Below are positions 1-8,758 of a DNA stretch of 35,309 nucleotides, piece by piece (positions within the stretch are counted from its first letter, which is position 1; each line of letters opens with the position of its first letter). The stretch lies in IMG/VR virus record IMGVR_UViG_2526164613_000023; one strand, 5' to 3'. The DNA comes from a virus (taxonomy: Duplodnaviria; Heunggongvirae; Uroviricota; Caudoviricetes). Under the pieces are notes generated by a model. That model made no database searches and had not been told where the DNA came from. It saw only the letters and a list, made by a program, of their open reading frames with translations. The position numbers were made by a program, and so were the translations under genes.

Positions 1-62
1 GGTATCCGTTCTGCTGAAGTGTCATGGCGTTGATTTTACGGTGACTCTTCGACAGTGAAAAG

Positions 63-83
63 AAAAAAGGCCGCAGAGCGGCC
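63..83 (-). terminator. Putative Rho-independent terminator closing the leftward int-linked operon
   Basis: Hairpin GGCCGC-aga-GCGGCC at 69-83 with an adjacent A6 run on the plus strand, which reads as a T-tract after the hairpin on the minus strand; sits downstream of the minus-strand ORF ending at 193. Confidence 0.45.
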
Positions 84-192
84 ATAATCACATTCAAAAA
101 TCAACAAGTTAAATAATTATCAATAACTTACAGACACACAAAAACACAGTCAACCACAACAAGTAACAGTGATGTGGTCACTTTGTGGATCA

Positions 193-735
193 TCAGCCAA
201 CAAATTTTGCAATGAAATACGTAGCCGCCGCTGTAAATAGCGAAGTAAAGATGGCTATGCACACAGGTATAATGATGCCACTCAACCGCCACTTCGTATT
301 ATCATCAACTTTGTCAAACCGCCGATTCATCTCATCCATAATCTTGTCAAAGCGTTTATCCATCGCTTCGGCAATCTCACCCTTCAGGCTGTTAATGTCT
401 GATTTGATCTGCTCTTTCAGGTGAGCTGTATCAGATTTAAGCTCACCTTTCAGATTCGCAATATCGCATTTAAGATCACCTTTCAGATGAGCAATGTCTG
501 CTTTGAGCTCACCTTTCACCTCACCAACATCGGCTTTGGTTGAGAGGTTTGTAGTGCGTTCAGCAAGCGTCGCAAGGTCGTTTCTTGTTAGCGATAAATC
601 ACCTTCGAGCCGCTCAATTCGCCTTTCAAGTTTATCTGACATTCCGCCTCCACTATCACCGCCTCCCCCACCGAAAGAGTTGCCAATGTCCTCACGAATA
701 AGGGTTATGCCATGCTCACTTTTAGCATATGCCAC
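193..735 (-). CDS. Tail-anchored coiled-coil membrane protein with five tandem 11-residue repeats; function unknown
   Basis: 180-aa ORF; Gly-rich linker GGGGGDSGGG; five 11-aa repeats (…LKGELK…/…LKGDLK… pattern) encoded by 33-bp tandem repeats around 370-534; single C-terminal hydrophobic segment IIIPVCIAIFTSLFTAAATYFIAKFVG; start abuts the stop of the upstream ORF. Confidence 0.6.
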   Translation of the reverse strand: MAYAKSEHGITLIREDIGNSFGGGGGDSGGGMSDKLERRIERLEGDLSLTRNDLATLAERTTNLSTKADVGEVKGELKADIAHLKGDLKCDIANLKGELKSDTAHLKEQIKSDINSLKGEIAEAMDKRFDKIMDEMNRRFDKVDDNTKWRLSGIIIPVCIAIFTSLFTAAATYFIAKFVG

Positions 736-1149
736 TCAGATTCCCTCCCAAACTATATATCCTTTGTCTCTTGCCCAACAAACAACTGTGTGGGCTGTAT
801 ATGTGGATGTGAAGCCGCAATAAGAACATGACACTTCATACCGAGTATTGTAGATGTTAATGGGCTCGTTCTCCTTGTGTATGGGAGTGACATATTCCCA
901 ATCATTTGAATCATCATAATCATCAAGTTCAGGGTCTGTGCCGTGAACAACCGTATGTGGAATAAACAAATCTGGGCGCCCACACGAGAGACAAGAGATT
1001 CTGGCTCCTCTATCTTTAAGGAATTGAATAAATAATTTGGGCGAAATCTGTTGCAGAACCTGCAAATGCCCACGTTCACTATCATTAAGAGACCTGTCTG
1101 CATATGGAAAATCATCAAATTTAAGAGGCTTCATATAAGGCATCTCCAA
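736..1149 (-). CDS. Hypothetical Cys-rich (zinc-ribbon-like) protein, int-linked cargo
   Basis: 137-aa ORF with CxxC…CxxC spacing (CLSCG … CSYCG); start overlaps the 3' end of int and its stop abuts the next ORF, suggesting translational coupling; AT-richer than the int gene. Confidence 0.5.
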   Translation of the reverse strand: MEMPYMKPLKFDDFPYADRSLNDSERGHLQVLQQISPKLFIQFLKDRGARISCLSCGRPDLFIPHTVVHGTDPELDDYDDSNDWEYVTPIHKENEPINIYNTRYEVSCSYCGFTSTYTAHTVVCWARDKGYIVWEGI

Positions 1150-2113
1150 GGGGATTAAATCTCACCGCATCCTGCAGGTAATCCGGCGCAAGATGGGCAT
1201 AAATCATCGTTGTCTGAATCTTTGCGTGCCCCAGAATTTTCTGGAGCGTCAGAATATTGCCGCCGTTCATCATGAAATGACTGGCGAAGGTGTGGCGCAG
1301 CGCATGAACAGCCTGGCCGTCAGGAACATCAGGTGCGACCGTTTTGATGACATCGCGAACCAATGGATAATCCAGCGTCGGAAACACCAGTTTCCCGCCC
1401 CGTTTTTTGATCTTTTCAAACAGGCTTTCAGAAATAGGAACGGTACGGTTTTTGCTGTTTTTCGTTTTTGAAAAAGTGATTCGACAATGAAGAACACGGC
1501 GCTGCTCCAGTACCGCTACCTCGCCCCATCGCGCCCCGGTCGACAGAAGGATTTCGACAGCCAGCCGTTCATCGGGATTTTCAGCCAGTGCATCCAGCAA
1601 CTGAACACATTCAGACTTACTCAGATATCCCATTTCGCGCTCGTTAACCTTCATTCCTTTAAGGCCTTGAACGGGGTTATCGTTAAGAAAATGGCCGGAT
1701 GAGATGAGTGCGGTAAACATCGCGCTTAACGCCCCAATCTCTCGATTTATGGTGCTGGGCTGTATCCCCTGCTCTATCCTGGACACACGTAGCTCGGTGA
1801 GCATCGTTGTATTAAGTTTATGCACGCATGGGTCATCCATTGCCTCACTCAAGCGCAGCAATTTAAGGCGCGTGTTATGCCCTGACTTCATTAGCTGGCC
1901 GTGGTATTTCCACCACAAGTCAATAAGCACTGACAGAGGACGGCGATCAATAGAGTTTCCTTTCCACTCATTGTTATGCTGTTGCGCCAGCACCCACCGC
2001 TCATATAAAACTGCATCCGATTTCGTTTTAAATTTTTTGCGAATGCGTTTGCCTTTACGCCCCTCAGGGCGCATGTCAAGAAGATACCCTCCCGGAATTG
2101 ATTTTATGCTCAT
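1121..2113 (-). CDS. int: Tyrosine integrase, P2 Int-like
   Basis: Translation aligns along its length with P2 Int from memory (…GRKGKRIRKKF…, …HALRHTFASHFMMNGGNILTLQKILGH…TMIYAHLAPDYLQDA…); start chosen at the internal Met MSIKSIP (2113) by alignment to the P2 Int N-terminus; the ORF-track start at 2263 is probably too long. Confidence 0.9.
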   Translation of the reverse strand: MSIKSIPGGYLLDMRPEGRKGKRIRKKFKTKSDAVLYERWVLAQQHNNEWKGNSIDRRPLSVLIDLWWKYHGQLMKSGHNTRLKLLRLSEAMDDPCVHKLNTTMLTELRVSRIEQGIQPSTINREIGALSAMFTALISSGHFLNDNPVQGLKGMKVNEREMGYLSKSECVQLLDALAENPDERLAVEILLSTGARWGEVAVLEQRRVLHCRITFSKTKNSKNRTVPISESLFEKIKKRGGKLVFPTLDYPLVRDVIKTVAPDVPDGQAVHALRHTFASHFMMNGGNILTLQKILGHAKIQTTMIYAHLAPDYLQDAVRFNPLGDALYEAS

Positions 2114-2162
2114 TCGTGAAACCCCAGCGTTACAAGACCACCATGCCCCCAGCGTTCCATGA

Positions 2163-2474
2163 TTAGCCGGGCTGTGTACCAGTCTTGCGGGATTTTTGAG
2201 AAGACGATGTGTTTTCTGGCCCATCAGGAGAGAGAGAGGGACTGATCTGCCCGGCAGCCTCATTTGTTTTTCCCGTCATAAGCCATATAGTGTATTTTTC
2301 GAAATCCTTAGAATTAATTACGCGATCAACAACGCTTAAACCAACCTCTCTTTTACCGCTCTCATAATTCTTTATAGTTCCGAGATTTATCCCAGTAACA
2401 TCAGCAAACTCAGCTTGAGTTAACCCTTCACTTTTCCGTATCTCTTTCAGTTTTTTTTCGTACCCACTTGACAT
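2163..2474 (-). CDS. C: Immunity repressor, P2 C-like (HTH)
   Basis: 103-aa ORF; HTH segment LTQAEFADVTGINLGTIKNYESG and C-terminal GQISPSL…SQKSRKTG resemble P2 C as recalled; GGAG RBS before the ATG; divergent from the rightward early genes. Confidence 0.8.
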   Translation of the reverse strand: MSSGYEKKLKEIRKSEGLTQAEFADVTGINLGTIKNYESGKREVGLSVVDRVINSKDFEKYTIWLMTGKTNEAAGQISPSLSPDGPENTSSSQKSRKTGTQPG

Positions 2475-2484
2475 GGTGGTCTCC

Positions 2485-2524
2485 AGACGACTAAATTAAT
2501 CCTAAAAGTCGCCTAGAGACGACT
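2485..2524. promoter_or_regulatory. Putative operator direct repeats in the divergent C / early promoter region
   Basis: Two copies of AGACGACT(A/T)(A/T)(A/T)T at 2485-2492 and 2517-2524 flanking an AT-rich TAAATTAAT element, between the C start and the first rightward ORF; P2-type repressors bind direct repeats flanking the early promoter. Confidence 0.35.
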
Positions 2525-2565
2525 TTTAGCAACAAATAACCACAGACTGAACAGGTTATCACATC

Positions 2566-2844
2566 ATGACAAAGCTCTTGAACACATACGAGCAAGCGGA
2601 TTTTGAGCGTTTGGCGGCGTTCTACCCATACCGCGATGAGCATGGATTACCGGTACTCGAAGAAAGCCTGAAAGATTACGCGAAGCGTACCAATCAAACT
2701 GTTAATGCAGTGAAAAGGCAGGCTGACAGAGCAGCCCTTCCCATCAACCAAGAAGAAAAAAACTCAAAACGTACAGTAAATCTCTTCGCAATTTTCCTGA
2801 AAACCATCAGAAACGCAGAGAAATACGTGCAGATGACAAAATAA
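2566..2844 (+). CDS. First rightward early gene; Cox/Apl-like excisionase-regulator by position only
   Basis: 92-aa ORF immediately right of the divergent promoter, the position of cox in P2; no recognisable sequence match recalled. Confidence 0.3.
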   Translation: MTKLLNTYEQADFERLAAFYPYRDEHGLPVLEESLKDYAKRTNQTVNAVKRQADRAALPINQEEKNSKRTVNLFAIFLKTIRNAEKYVQMTK

Positions 2845-2858
2845 CGAGGTGTCATTTT

Positions 2859-3197
2859 ATGCTGAAGCAACGCCGTAATTTTCGCACCGAAACGGAACGC
2901 CAAGCTAACCGTTTCGCTACCAGCGCATCACGCAGCAACATCCGCTACAGCCTGAGCGAGACGCACGCAACGCCAGATGGCCATACAGTAAAACAAATTG
3001 GCGAACACACCTGGCTGATTGAAAAAGCTGGAATCGTGGTTCACAGATGCCAACGCAACCCATTTACCGGAAACCGCATTTTTGCTCTGAGCAACGGCGA
3101 CAATCAGTTTGGACAGGATTTCACATTGTACGAAGCACTTCGCACGGTTGATCGTCTGCTTCGCGGGCAAAGTTTTATTAAACAGACTGATTTATAA
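2859..3197 (+). CDS. Hypothetical early protein
   Basis: 112-aa ORF packed tightly after the preceding early gene. Confidence 0.4.
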   Translation: MLKQRRNFRTETERQANRFATSASRSNIRYSLSETHATPDGHTVKQIGEHTWLIEKAGIVVHRCQRNPFTGNRIFALSNGDNQFGQDFTLYEALRTVDRLLRGQSFIKQTDL

Positions 3198-3207
3198 CAG
3201 GTGCGTT

Positions 3208-3336
3208 ATGACCAAAGAGCATGCACAAGGTGTATTTATCCGTTTTATTGATTTTCGCGGTGAACTGTTATTGCGCGCATCAGCTATTGATGGAGTTGTC
3301 CCATCAGAAAAAATGCAGCTACTTACGTTTATCTGA
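3208..3336 (+). CDS. Short early ORF, possibly the 5' part of a frameshifted gene continuing to 3484
   Basis: ATG at 3208 gives a 42-aa ORF; an adjacent frame stays open and protein-like from about 3279 to the TAA at 3484 without a start codon; the junction is an A6 run at 3325-3330. Confidence 0.3.
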   Translation: MTKEHAQGVFIRFIDFRGELLLRASAIDGVVPSEKMQLLTFI

Positions 3337-3496
3337 ACGGCACGCGCCTGACCGTAGAACTTCCGTACCAGACTGTACACGGAATCATTAGCGAAGCTGA
3401 AAAAGCGCGCCAGGCTAATGGCAATGAACCCTATATCGAAATTATTTGCATGGATTCAGAAGCTGAAATCCAGAAAGCAGATTAAAGGGTGTTGCA

Positions 3497-3739
3497 ATGG
3501 ACAAAGAATATAAAACACTCATCAACAAAGCACTTGAGCGTTTTTATTTTCGCTTAAGTGCATCAGGCGCTCATGCTGAACGTGCAGCCCGTGACTCATT
3601 GACCAGGGCAATCCGGAGTCTGTATGACGTGGCTTTTTACGCTGATGATCTGGATGCACTTAACGAACTTTCCGAGCTGATCTGTGCCGCAGAATGCGGG
3701 GAGCATATTGAACCGTATAAGCTGGGGAATATTGCATGA
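3497..3739 (+). CDS. Hypothetical early protein
   Basis: 80-aa ORF with GGGTG RBS-like sequence upstream; its stop overlaps the start of the next small ORF. Confidence 0.45.
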   Translation: MDKEYKTLINKALERFYFRLSASGAHAERAARDSLTRAIRSLYDVAFYADDLDALNELSELICAAECGEHIEPYKLGNIA

Positions 3740-3848
3740 GTATATTTATCTCATGGCTTGTCCTGATTATTTCGGTGGTCTGCGCCATTGGGATTATGCA
3801 AATTATTCATTCAGTAAAAAAGATTGAACGCATTTTCACTGGCGAATA
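3735..3848 (+). CDS. Small hydrophobic peptide (37 aa), putative membrane protein
   Basis: ATG overlaps the upstream stop (ATGA); translation MSIFISWLVLIISVVCAIGIMQIIHSVKKIERIFTGE has one predicted transmembrane helix; below the ORF-track size cut-off. Confidence 0.3.
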
Positions 3849-3936
3849 ACAGCGCAAATAAAAACCCTAGGTTAAATAAGAAAATGTAAAAACAATCCGC
3901 ATTCGCGGAGGTATTCGCACACGCCCAGGAGGCGTA

Positions 3937-4140
3937 ATGGCAATTAAGCATTTTCCTGTCGTTCGTTTCACTTCCAGAGGACGTGAATACGAAGTTGACG
4001 AACGCCTGATTACCACAATCGACAAACACCGTTCAGAAAAGGATGCACATCACATCTATCTCACTGACGGCACTTACTTCTGCGCCACCAACGTGGTGCA
4101 GGTGAATCTTATCAGACAGGTACAGGAGTCACGCAGATGA
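3937..4140 (+). CDS. Hypothetical early protein
   Basis: 67-aa ORF preceded by AGGAGG; stop overlaps the next start. Confidence 0.45.
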   Translation: MAIKHFPVVRFTSRGREYEVDERLITTIDKHRSEKDAHHIYLTDGTYFCATNVVQVNLIRQVQESRR

Positions 4141-4382
4141 CCATTCTGGACTACATCGCTGCCAATCCGGGTTGTAGCGGTGGAGAAATCGCCGCAGCAC
4201 TGAATACACCAACCACAACCATTAATGCGGAGTTACGCCGTCTCTGGCGCAGCGGTTCAGTCATAAGAAAAGAGCGCAAAACAGGCGGTCGCTTTTCTTA
4301 TCAGGTAAACCCGATGCCGTTTGGGTGTAGCAACCCACTAACCCAGATGTTCAACCAGCTACTGAGGGAAATCAGAGCATGA
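4137..4382 (+). CDS. Small winged-helix DNA-binding protein
   Basis: 81-aa ORF; segment GGEIAAALNTPTTTINAELRRLWRSGSV resembles a winged-HTH recognition region. Confidence 0.45.
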   Translation: MTILDYIAANPGCSGGEIAAALNTPTTTINAELRRLWRSGSVIRKERKTGGRFSYQVNPMPFGCSNPLTQMFNQLLREIRA

Positions 4383-4523
4383 GCACCTCCAACTGCCGGA
4401 AACCACGTCGGGCTTCAGCAGCTCATCCGGCAGCAAAACAAACTCCATTAATTCCAGTTCCGGGCCTTTCCTGCACCTTGTGGCGGGAGGCCTTCGCACA
4501 TCTGTAACAAGAGGATTGCCGCA

Positions 4524-4889
4524 ATGATTCTCGCCAACGACTTTCTTGAATACCTGCTCAACACAGAGCGTGATCTTGCCGTTCGCGTGCGTGAACGTTA
4601 TGACATGTACCTGAAATCCCTGCCTGTACCGCAGCTCGCTGACGGAAAGATTGTTATTGATGGTCGCTACATGATTGACAGCCACGAGGGAAATTACAGG
4701 CTTTACCGCATTGAAGGTGGCACCCCGTCCGTTATTGGCATTTACCAGCGCCCATCCTCTGCAATCGTCGATGTGATTGCCGACAGCATCCGCATCACAC
4801 ATCGCCATGCCGACACAGAAGACACCGTGCTGGAAATTCAGCGGCTGGCTACAGTCTGCCGCGACACCCTGAATGGCATGACGAAGTAA
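4524..4889 (+). CDS. Hypothetical protein immediately upstream of the replication gene
   Basis: 121-aa ORF ending 7 nt before the gpA start. Confidence 0.45.
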   Translation: MILANDFLEYLLNTERDLAVRVRERYDMYLKSLPVPQLADGKIVIDGRYMIDSHEGNYRLYRIEGGTPSVIGIYQRPSSAIVDVIADSIRITHRHADTEDTVLEIQRLATVCRDTLNGMTK

Positions 4890-4895
4890 ATCACT

Positions 4896-7718
4896 ATGAC
4901 GGCAGAGTACATCAGGGACTGGCAACAACCGCGCCACGCAGTGGGGCGTGAAGGAACGGGGATCCCCGCTCCTGAATCCGCGCTTTCCTCCTGGCTGGAT
5001 GCCTACCGGGCAGAGAACGAACGCCGCCAGGAAATGGCTGATGCGGCGTTTTCCGCCACGCCGCTGGGCAACCTGATTAATAAAAGCCTGGACGCACAGG
5101 AAAAACAGGACAAAACCATCACACTGGCAGGAGACGCCAGAAAACAGGCACGTGGCGCGGTGGATGAAGCCATGGCCTCGCTGCGCCTGCTGCCGTCCTA
5201 TCTGCGCGATCCGCTTATTCGCCACCTCTCCTTCCTGCGCAAAAAACAGGAAGCCGATCGTCAGAAAGGAAAAAACGCCAGGCAGGCAGAACGCTATGCG
5301 CGTGGGACCCTGCGCAAAATATTCGAACGTCTGGAGCGCACCGATCACCGCTGGGTGACACCGGGTTATCGCTCCCTTGCCGGACGCGAACGCCTGGACG
5401 ATTTGCTTTACCTGCCGCAGCTCAACAAACACCAGATACAGACGCTGGCCACCATGACGGCGGCGATGTTCAGCAGCACCTTCGAAAAACTCTGCGATGG
5501 CTTTGGCGCGACCGATGGCGAGCTGACCATGGATGTAACCATGAAGGCGCATCAGATGCTGGCCCGCATGGCGTTACACCTGCATGCCATGCCTCCACAT
5601 TATGACGCACTGACAACAGACAAAGACCGGAGGAACGAACCGGACACGGAGCTGCTGCCGGGTGCAATCCTTCGCCTGACCTGTGCGGAATGGTGGAAAC
5701 GCAAACTGTGGCTGTTACGTTGCGAGTGGCGGGAAGAACAACTCCGCGCCGCCTGTCTGGTTTCCAGAAAAACATCACCCTATCTGAGCCAGGACGCGTT
5801 AAGCGAGTTTCGCGCACAGCGCGAGAAAACACGCGATTTCCTGAAAAGTTTCATGCTGGAAAATGAAGACGGGTTCACGATTGATCTCGAGACGGTGTAT
5901 TACGCGGGAGTAAGTAACCCGGTTCACCGTAAAGCAGAAATGATGGCCACCATGAAGGGGCTGGAACTTCTGGCCGAAGCCCGTGGCGACAAAGCGGTGT
6001 TTCTGACTGTCACCTGCCCGTCAAAATACCACGCCACAACGGAGAACGGTCATCCGAATCCCAAATGGAACGGGGCCACAATGCGCGACTCCAGCGATTA
6101 CCTGGTTAACACGTTTTTTGCGGCGGTCCGCAAAAAACTGAACCGCGACGGCCTGCGCTGGTATGGCATCCGCACGGTGGAGCCTCATCATGACGGCACC
6201 GTGCACTGGCATATGATGGTCTTTGCACATCCGGAAGAAATCGACACCATTGTGTCCCATACCCGCGATATTGCGATTCAGGAAGACCGCCACGAGCTGG
6301 GCAATGATATTACTCCGCGCTTTAAGGTGGAGTATGTCGACGGCTCAAAAGGCACGCCAACCAGCTACATCGCCACCTACATCGGAAAGAACCTGGACAG
6401 CCGCGCCGTGGATGGCATCGACCCGAAAACGGGCAAGCCACGCGTGGACCACGAAACCGGAAAATCAATGGCCGAGAGCGTGGAACGCGCCATCGGCTGG
6501 GCGCGTCTTCACCGCATCCGCCAGTTCCAGTTCCTTGGTATCCCCTCCCGTCAGGTATGGCGTGAACTCCGCCGCCTTGCCAGTCAGATGGCCCGCAACC
6601 CGGAAGGTCCACAACGTCTGGAAAATGACGCAATGGATGCGGTACTCGCTGCCGCTGATGCCGGGTGTTTTGCCACCTACATTGAGAAACAGGGTGGCGT
6701 ACTTGTTCCACGCAAAGACTACCTGATTCGCACAGCCTACGACCTCGCAGATGAGCTGAACGATTACGGCGAACAGAGTGTACAGATTTACGGGATCTGG
6801 TCACCACTCATCGGGGAATCCTCCCGTGTGTGCACGCACCCGGATAACTGGAAGCTGGTAAGACGTAAACCGGAACAGGAAGGTAGCGCCCACGAAAATG
6901 GTTTTGACCTTCAGGGCGGCCCTGCCGCCCCTTGGACTCGTGGCAATAACTGTCCCCGTGTACAAGAAACGGACAACAACGGGACAGAACAGCCGGAAGA
7001 ACGGCCAGCACCGTGGCCGCAGCTTCCTGACGGCGTTGACGTGAATGAATGGATGCGCTCACTGAAACGGCACGAACGCCGGGCGCTGATGCGTTCGCTG
7101 CGTGACAAACAGGCAAAAAACAGCAGTGATGAAATGCAGAACTGGACACAGAGCCGCAAACAGCCACAGCCTTTGCCTGATAACCACGAGTTACTCGCTA
7201 AAGAATGGCGGGAGTCTGCTGAATCTCTCGGCCTGCATATTGGTGAACAGCAGATGCAGCACCTGTTACGGGGCGGCAGTCTGTACGTTGACGGCAGCAT
7301 CATTGCACCGCAGGGATTTGAAATTGTACGCAAACCGGATACCCGCCCGGACAGCCGAATCACGCAGCTCTGGCAACGCCTGAGTCGTAATCACGGCGTA
7401 AGCAGCACGGAGATCCGCCATAACCCGGTCGCCAGCTATCTGGAACAACTAGAGGCATCAGACCCTGAAGCCGCCGCACGCCTGGCATCCACACTTCAGC
7501 AAGACCAGAACACCATGAAAACACCCGTTACCGTACTTTCTGACATGCTGCGCGCCATCCGCGACGCAGAGCACGCACAGAGAATCAGTGAAACAACTGA
7601 ACGCGCCCGCCGCAAAGCAGACCTGCTGCGGGGTGGCCTGAGCAGTGGAAACAAAAAACAGACAAAAACGGGATTCACAAATCCCGTAAATGAGCAAAAA
7701 ACGCGCCGCGATATATGA
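4896..7718 (+). CDS. A: Rolling-circle replication initiator / endonuclease, P2 gpA-like
   Basis: 940-aa ORF; segments TVHWHMMVFAHPEE and YIATYIGKNLDSRAVDG match the P2 A motifs as recalled; long C-terminal extension relative to P2 A (761 aa). Confidence 0.85.
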   Translation: MTAEYIRDWQQPRHAVGREGTGIPAPESALSSWLDAYRAENERRQEMADAAFSATPLGNLINKSLDAQEKQDKTITLAGDARKQARGAVDEAMASLRLLPSYLRDPLIRHLSFLRKKQEADRQKGKNARQAERYARGTLRKIFERLERTDHRWVTPGYRSLAGRERLDDLLYLPQLNKHQIQTLATMTAAMFSSTFEKLCDGFGATDGELTMDVTMKAHQMLARMALHLHAMPPHYDALTTDKDRRNEPDTELLPGAILRLTCAEWWKRKLWLLRCEWREEQLRAACLVSRKTSPYLSQDALSEFRAQREKTRDFLKSFMLENEDGFTIDLETVYYAGVSNPVHRKAEMMATMKGLELLAEARGDKAVFLTVTCPSKYHATTENGHPNPKWNGATMRDSSDYLVNTFFAAVRKKLNRDGLRWYGIRTVEPHHDGTVHWHMMVFAHPEEIDTIVSHTRDIAIQEDRHELGNDITPRFKVEYVDGSKGTPTSYIATYIGKNLDSRAVDGIDPKTGKPRVDHETGKSMAESVERAIGWARLHRIRQFQFLGIPSRQVWRELRRLASQMARNPEGPQRLENDAMDAVLAAADAGCFATYIEKQGGVLVPRKDYLIRTAYDLADELNDYGEQSVQIYGIWSPLIGESSRVCTHPDNWKLVRRKPEQEGSAHENGFDLQGGPAAPWTRGNNCPRVQETDNNGTEQPEERPAPWPQLPDGVDVNEWMRSLKRHERRALMRSLRDKQAKNSSDEMQNWTQSRKQPQPLPDNHELLAKEWRESAESLGLHIGEQQMQHLLRGGSLYVDGSIIAPQGFEIVRKPDTRPDSRITQLWQRLSRNHGVSSTEIRHNPVASYLEQLEASDPEAAARLASTLQQDQNTMKTPVTVLSDMLRAIRDAEHAQRISETTERARRKADLLRGGLSSGNKKQTKTGFTNPVNEQKTRRDI

Positions 7719-7770
7719 AGCGCGCACAAAACAGGCGAAAACGGGATTTAAAAATCCCGTAAACGATTAA
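7652..7770. repeat. Two copies of a ~45-bp direct repeat, each with a 20-bp palindromic hairpin core
   Basis: Copy 1 at about 7652-7697 (core ACGGGATTcacaAATCCCGT) inside the last codons of gene A; copy 2 at about 7726-7770 (core ACGGGATTtaaaAATCCCGT) between A and parM. Confidence 0.7.
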
Positions 7771-7794
7771 TTAATCAACATAAGGAAAAGCTAC

Positions 7795-8754
7795 ATGAAA
7801 ATTTGTATCGACGACGGCTCCACCAACATCAAGCTGGCATGGACTGAGAACGGCGAACGCCGCAACGCCATCAGCCCGAACAGCTTCAAGTCGGAATGGT
7901 CTGCACCGTTCGGTGGCACGCAGCCCGCGAACTACATGCTTGATGGCGTGCGCTATGGTTTTGATCCGGTCAGCGATCGCTTTGTCCAGACGACCGACAC
8001 GCAATACCAGTACAGCGATGTGAATGTAATCGCCATTCACCACGCGCTGGTCAAATCAGGCATCACGCCACAGGAGGTGGATGTGGTTGTCACCCTGCCA
8101 CTGAGCGAGTATTTCGACACAAACGCACAGCCGGATATGACCAACATCAACCGCAAAAAAGCGAACGTCATGCGCCCGGTGGAGTACCAGAACGGTGAGG
8201 CATTCACTATCCGTAACGTGCGGGTTATGCCTGAATCCATTCCGGCAGGCTTTAAGGCACTGGCTGACATGAGTCCGTTTGAATCCCTGCTGATTGTTGA
8301 TTTGGGCGGAACCACGCTGGATGTGGCAAAGGTTCAGGGGCAACTGGCAGGCATCAGCCAGGTATTTTGCGATCCACACGTAGGCGTTTCACTGATGACC
8401 GATGCCGTACTGTCGGTGATGGCCACTAACGGTATGCGTACCAGTCACCACATCGCCAATACCATTATCGAACATCGCCATGATGAAGCCTGGCTGCGCC
8501 AGCACATCCACAATGTCGCGCATTACGACAGCCTGATGGCGGTTATTCGTGAAAAGGAAGAAACACTGAAACAACGCGTGATTCGCGCGCTGGCGGGGTT
8601 TTCGGGGTACGGTCGGGTGATGGTTGTCGGTGGAGGGGCGGAGATTGTGGCTCCGGCGGTACATGACGCTTACGGCCTCAACGCAAACATTCACACAACA
8701 CCGGAGCCACAGTTTGCCCTGGTTAATGGACTCCATGATATGGACAGGGAGTGA
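7795..8754 (+). CDS. parM: Actin-like plasmid segregation ATPase, ParM/StbA family
   Basis: 319-aa ORF; N-terminus MKICIDDGSTNIKLAW…ISPNSFKSEW… and later …YQYSDVNVIAIHHALVKSG… closely track R1 ParM as recalled; AAGGA RBS. Confidence 0.85.
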   Translation: MKICIDDGSTNIKLAWTENGERRNAISPNSFKSEWSAPFGGTQPANYMLDGVRYGFDPVSDRFVQTTDTQYQYSDVNVIAIHHALVKSGITPQEVDVVVTLPLSEYFDTNAQPDMTNINRKKANVMRPVEYQNGEAFTIRNVRVMPESIPAGFKALADMSPFESLLIVDLGGTTLDVAKVQGQLAGISQVFCDPHVGVSLMTDAVLSVMATNGMRTSHHIANTIIEHRHDEAWLRQHIHNVAHYDSLMAVIREKEETLKQRVIRALAGFSGYGRVMVVGGGAEIVAPAVHDAYGLNANIHTTPEPQFALVNGLHDMDRE

Positions 8755-8758
8755 ACCA

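Noticed and set aside
1193-2162. Plus-strand ORFs of 71-152 aa overlapping the integrase gene
   Set aside because: Antisense to a strongly supported integrase; no RBS or motif support.
4359-5552. 397-aa minus-strand ORF antisense to the 121-aa early gene and the 5' part of gene A
   Set aside because: Cys/Arg/Gly-rich low-complexity translation typical of a GC-rich shadow frame; it overlaps a well-supported gpA-like gene on the other strand.
6223-7448. Cluster of overlapping 90-170-aa ORFs on both strands within gene A
   Set aside because: All overlap the gpA-like reading frame and have Arg/Pro/Cys-rich shadow-frame composition.
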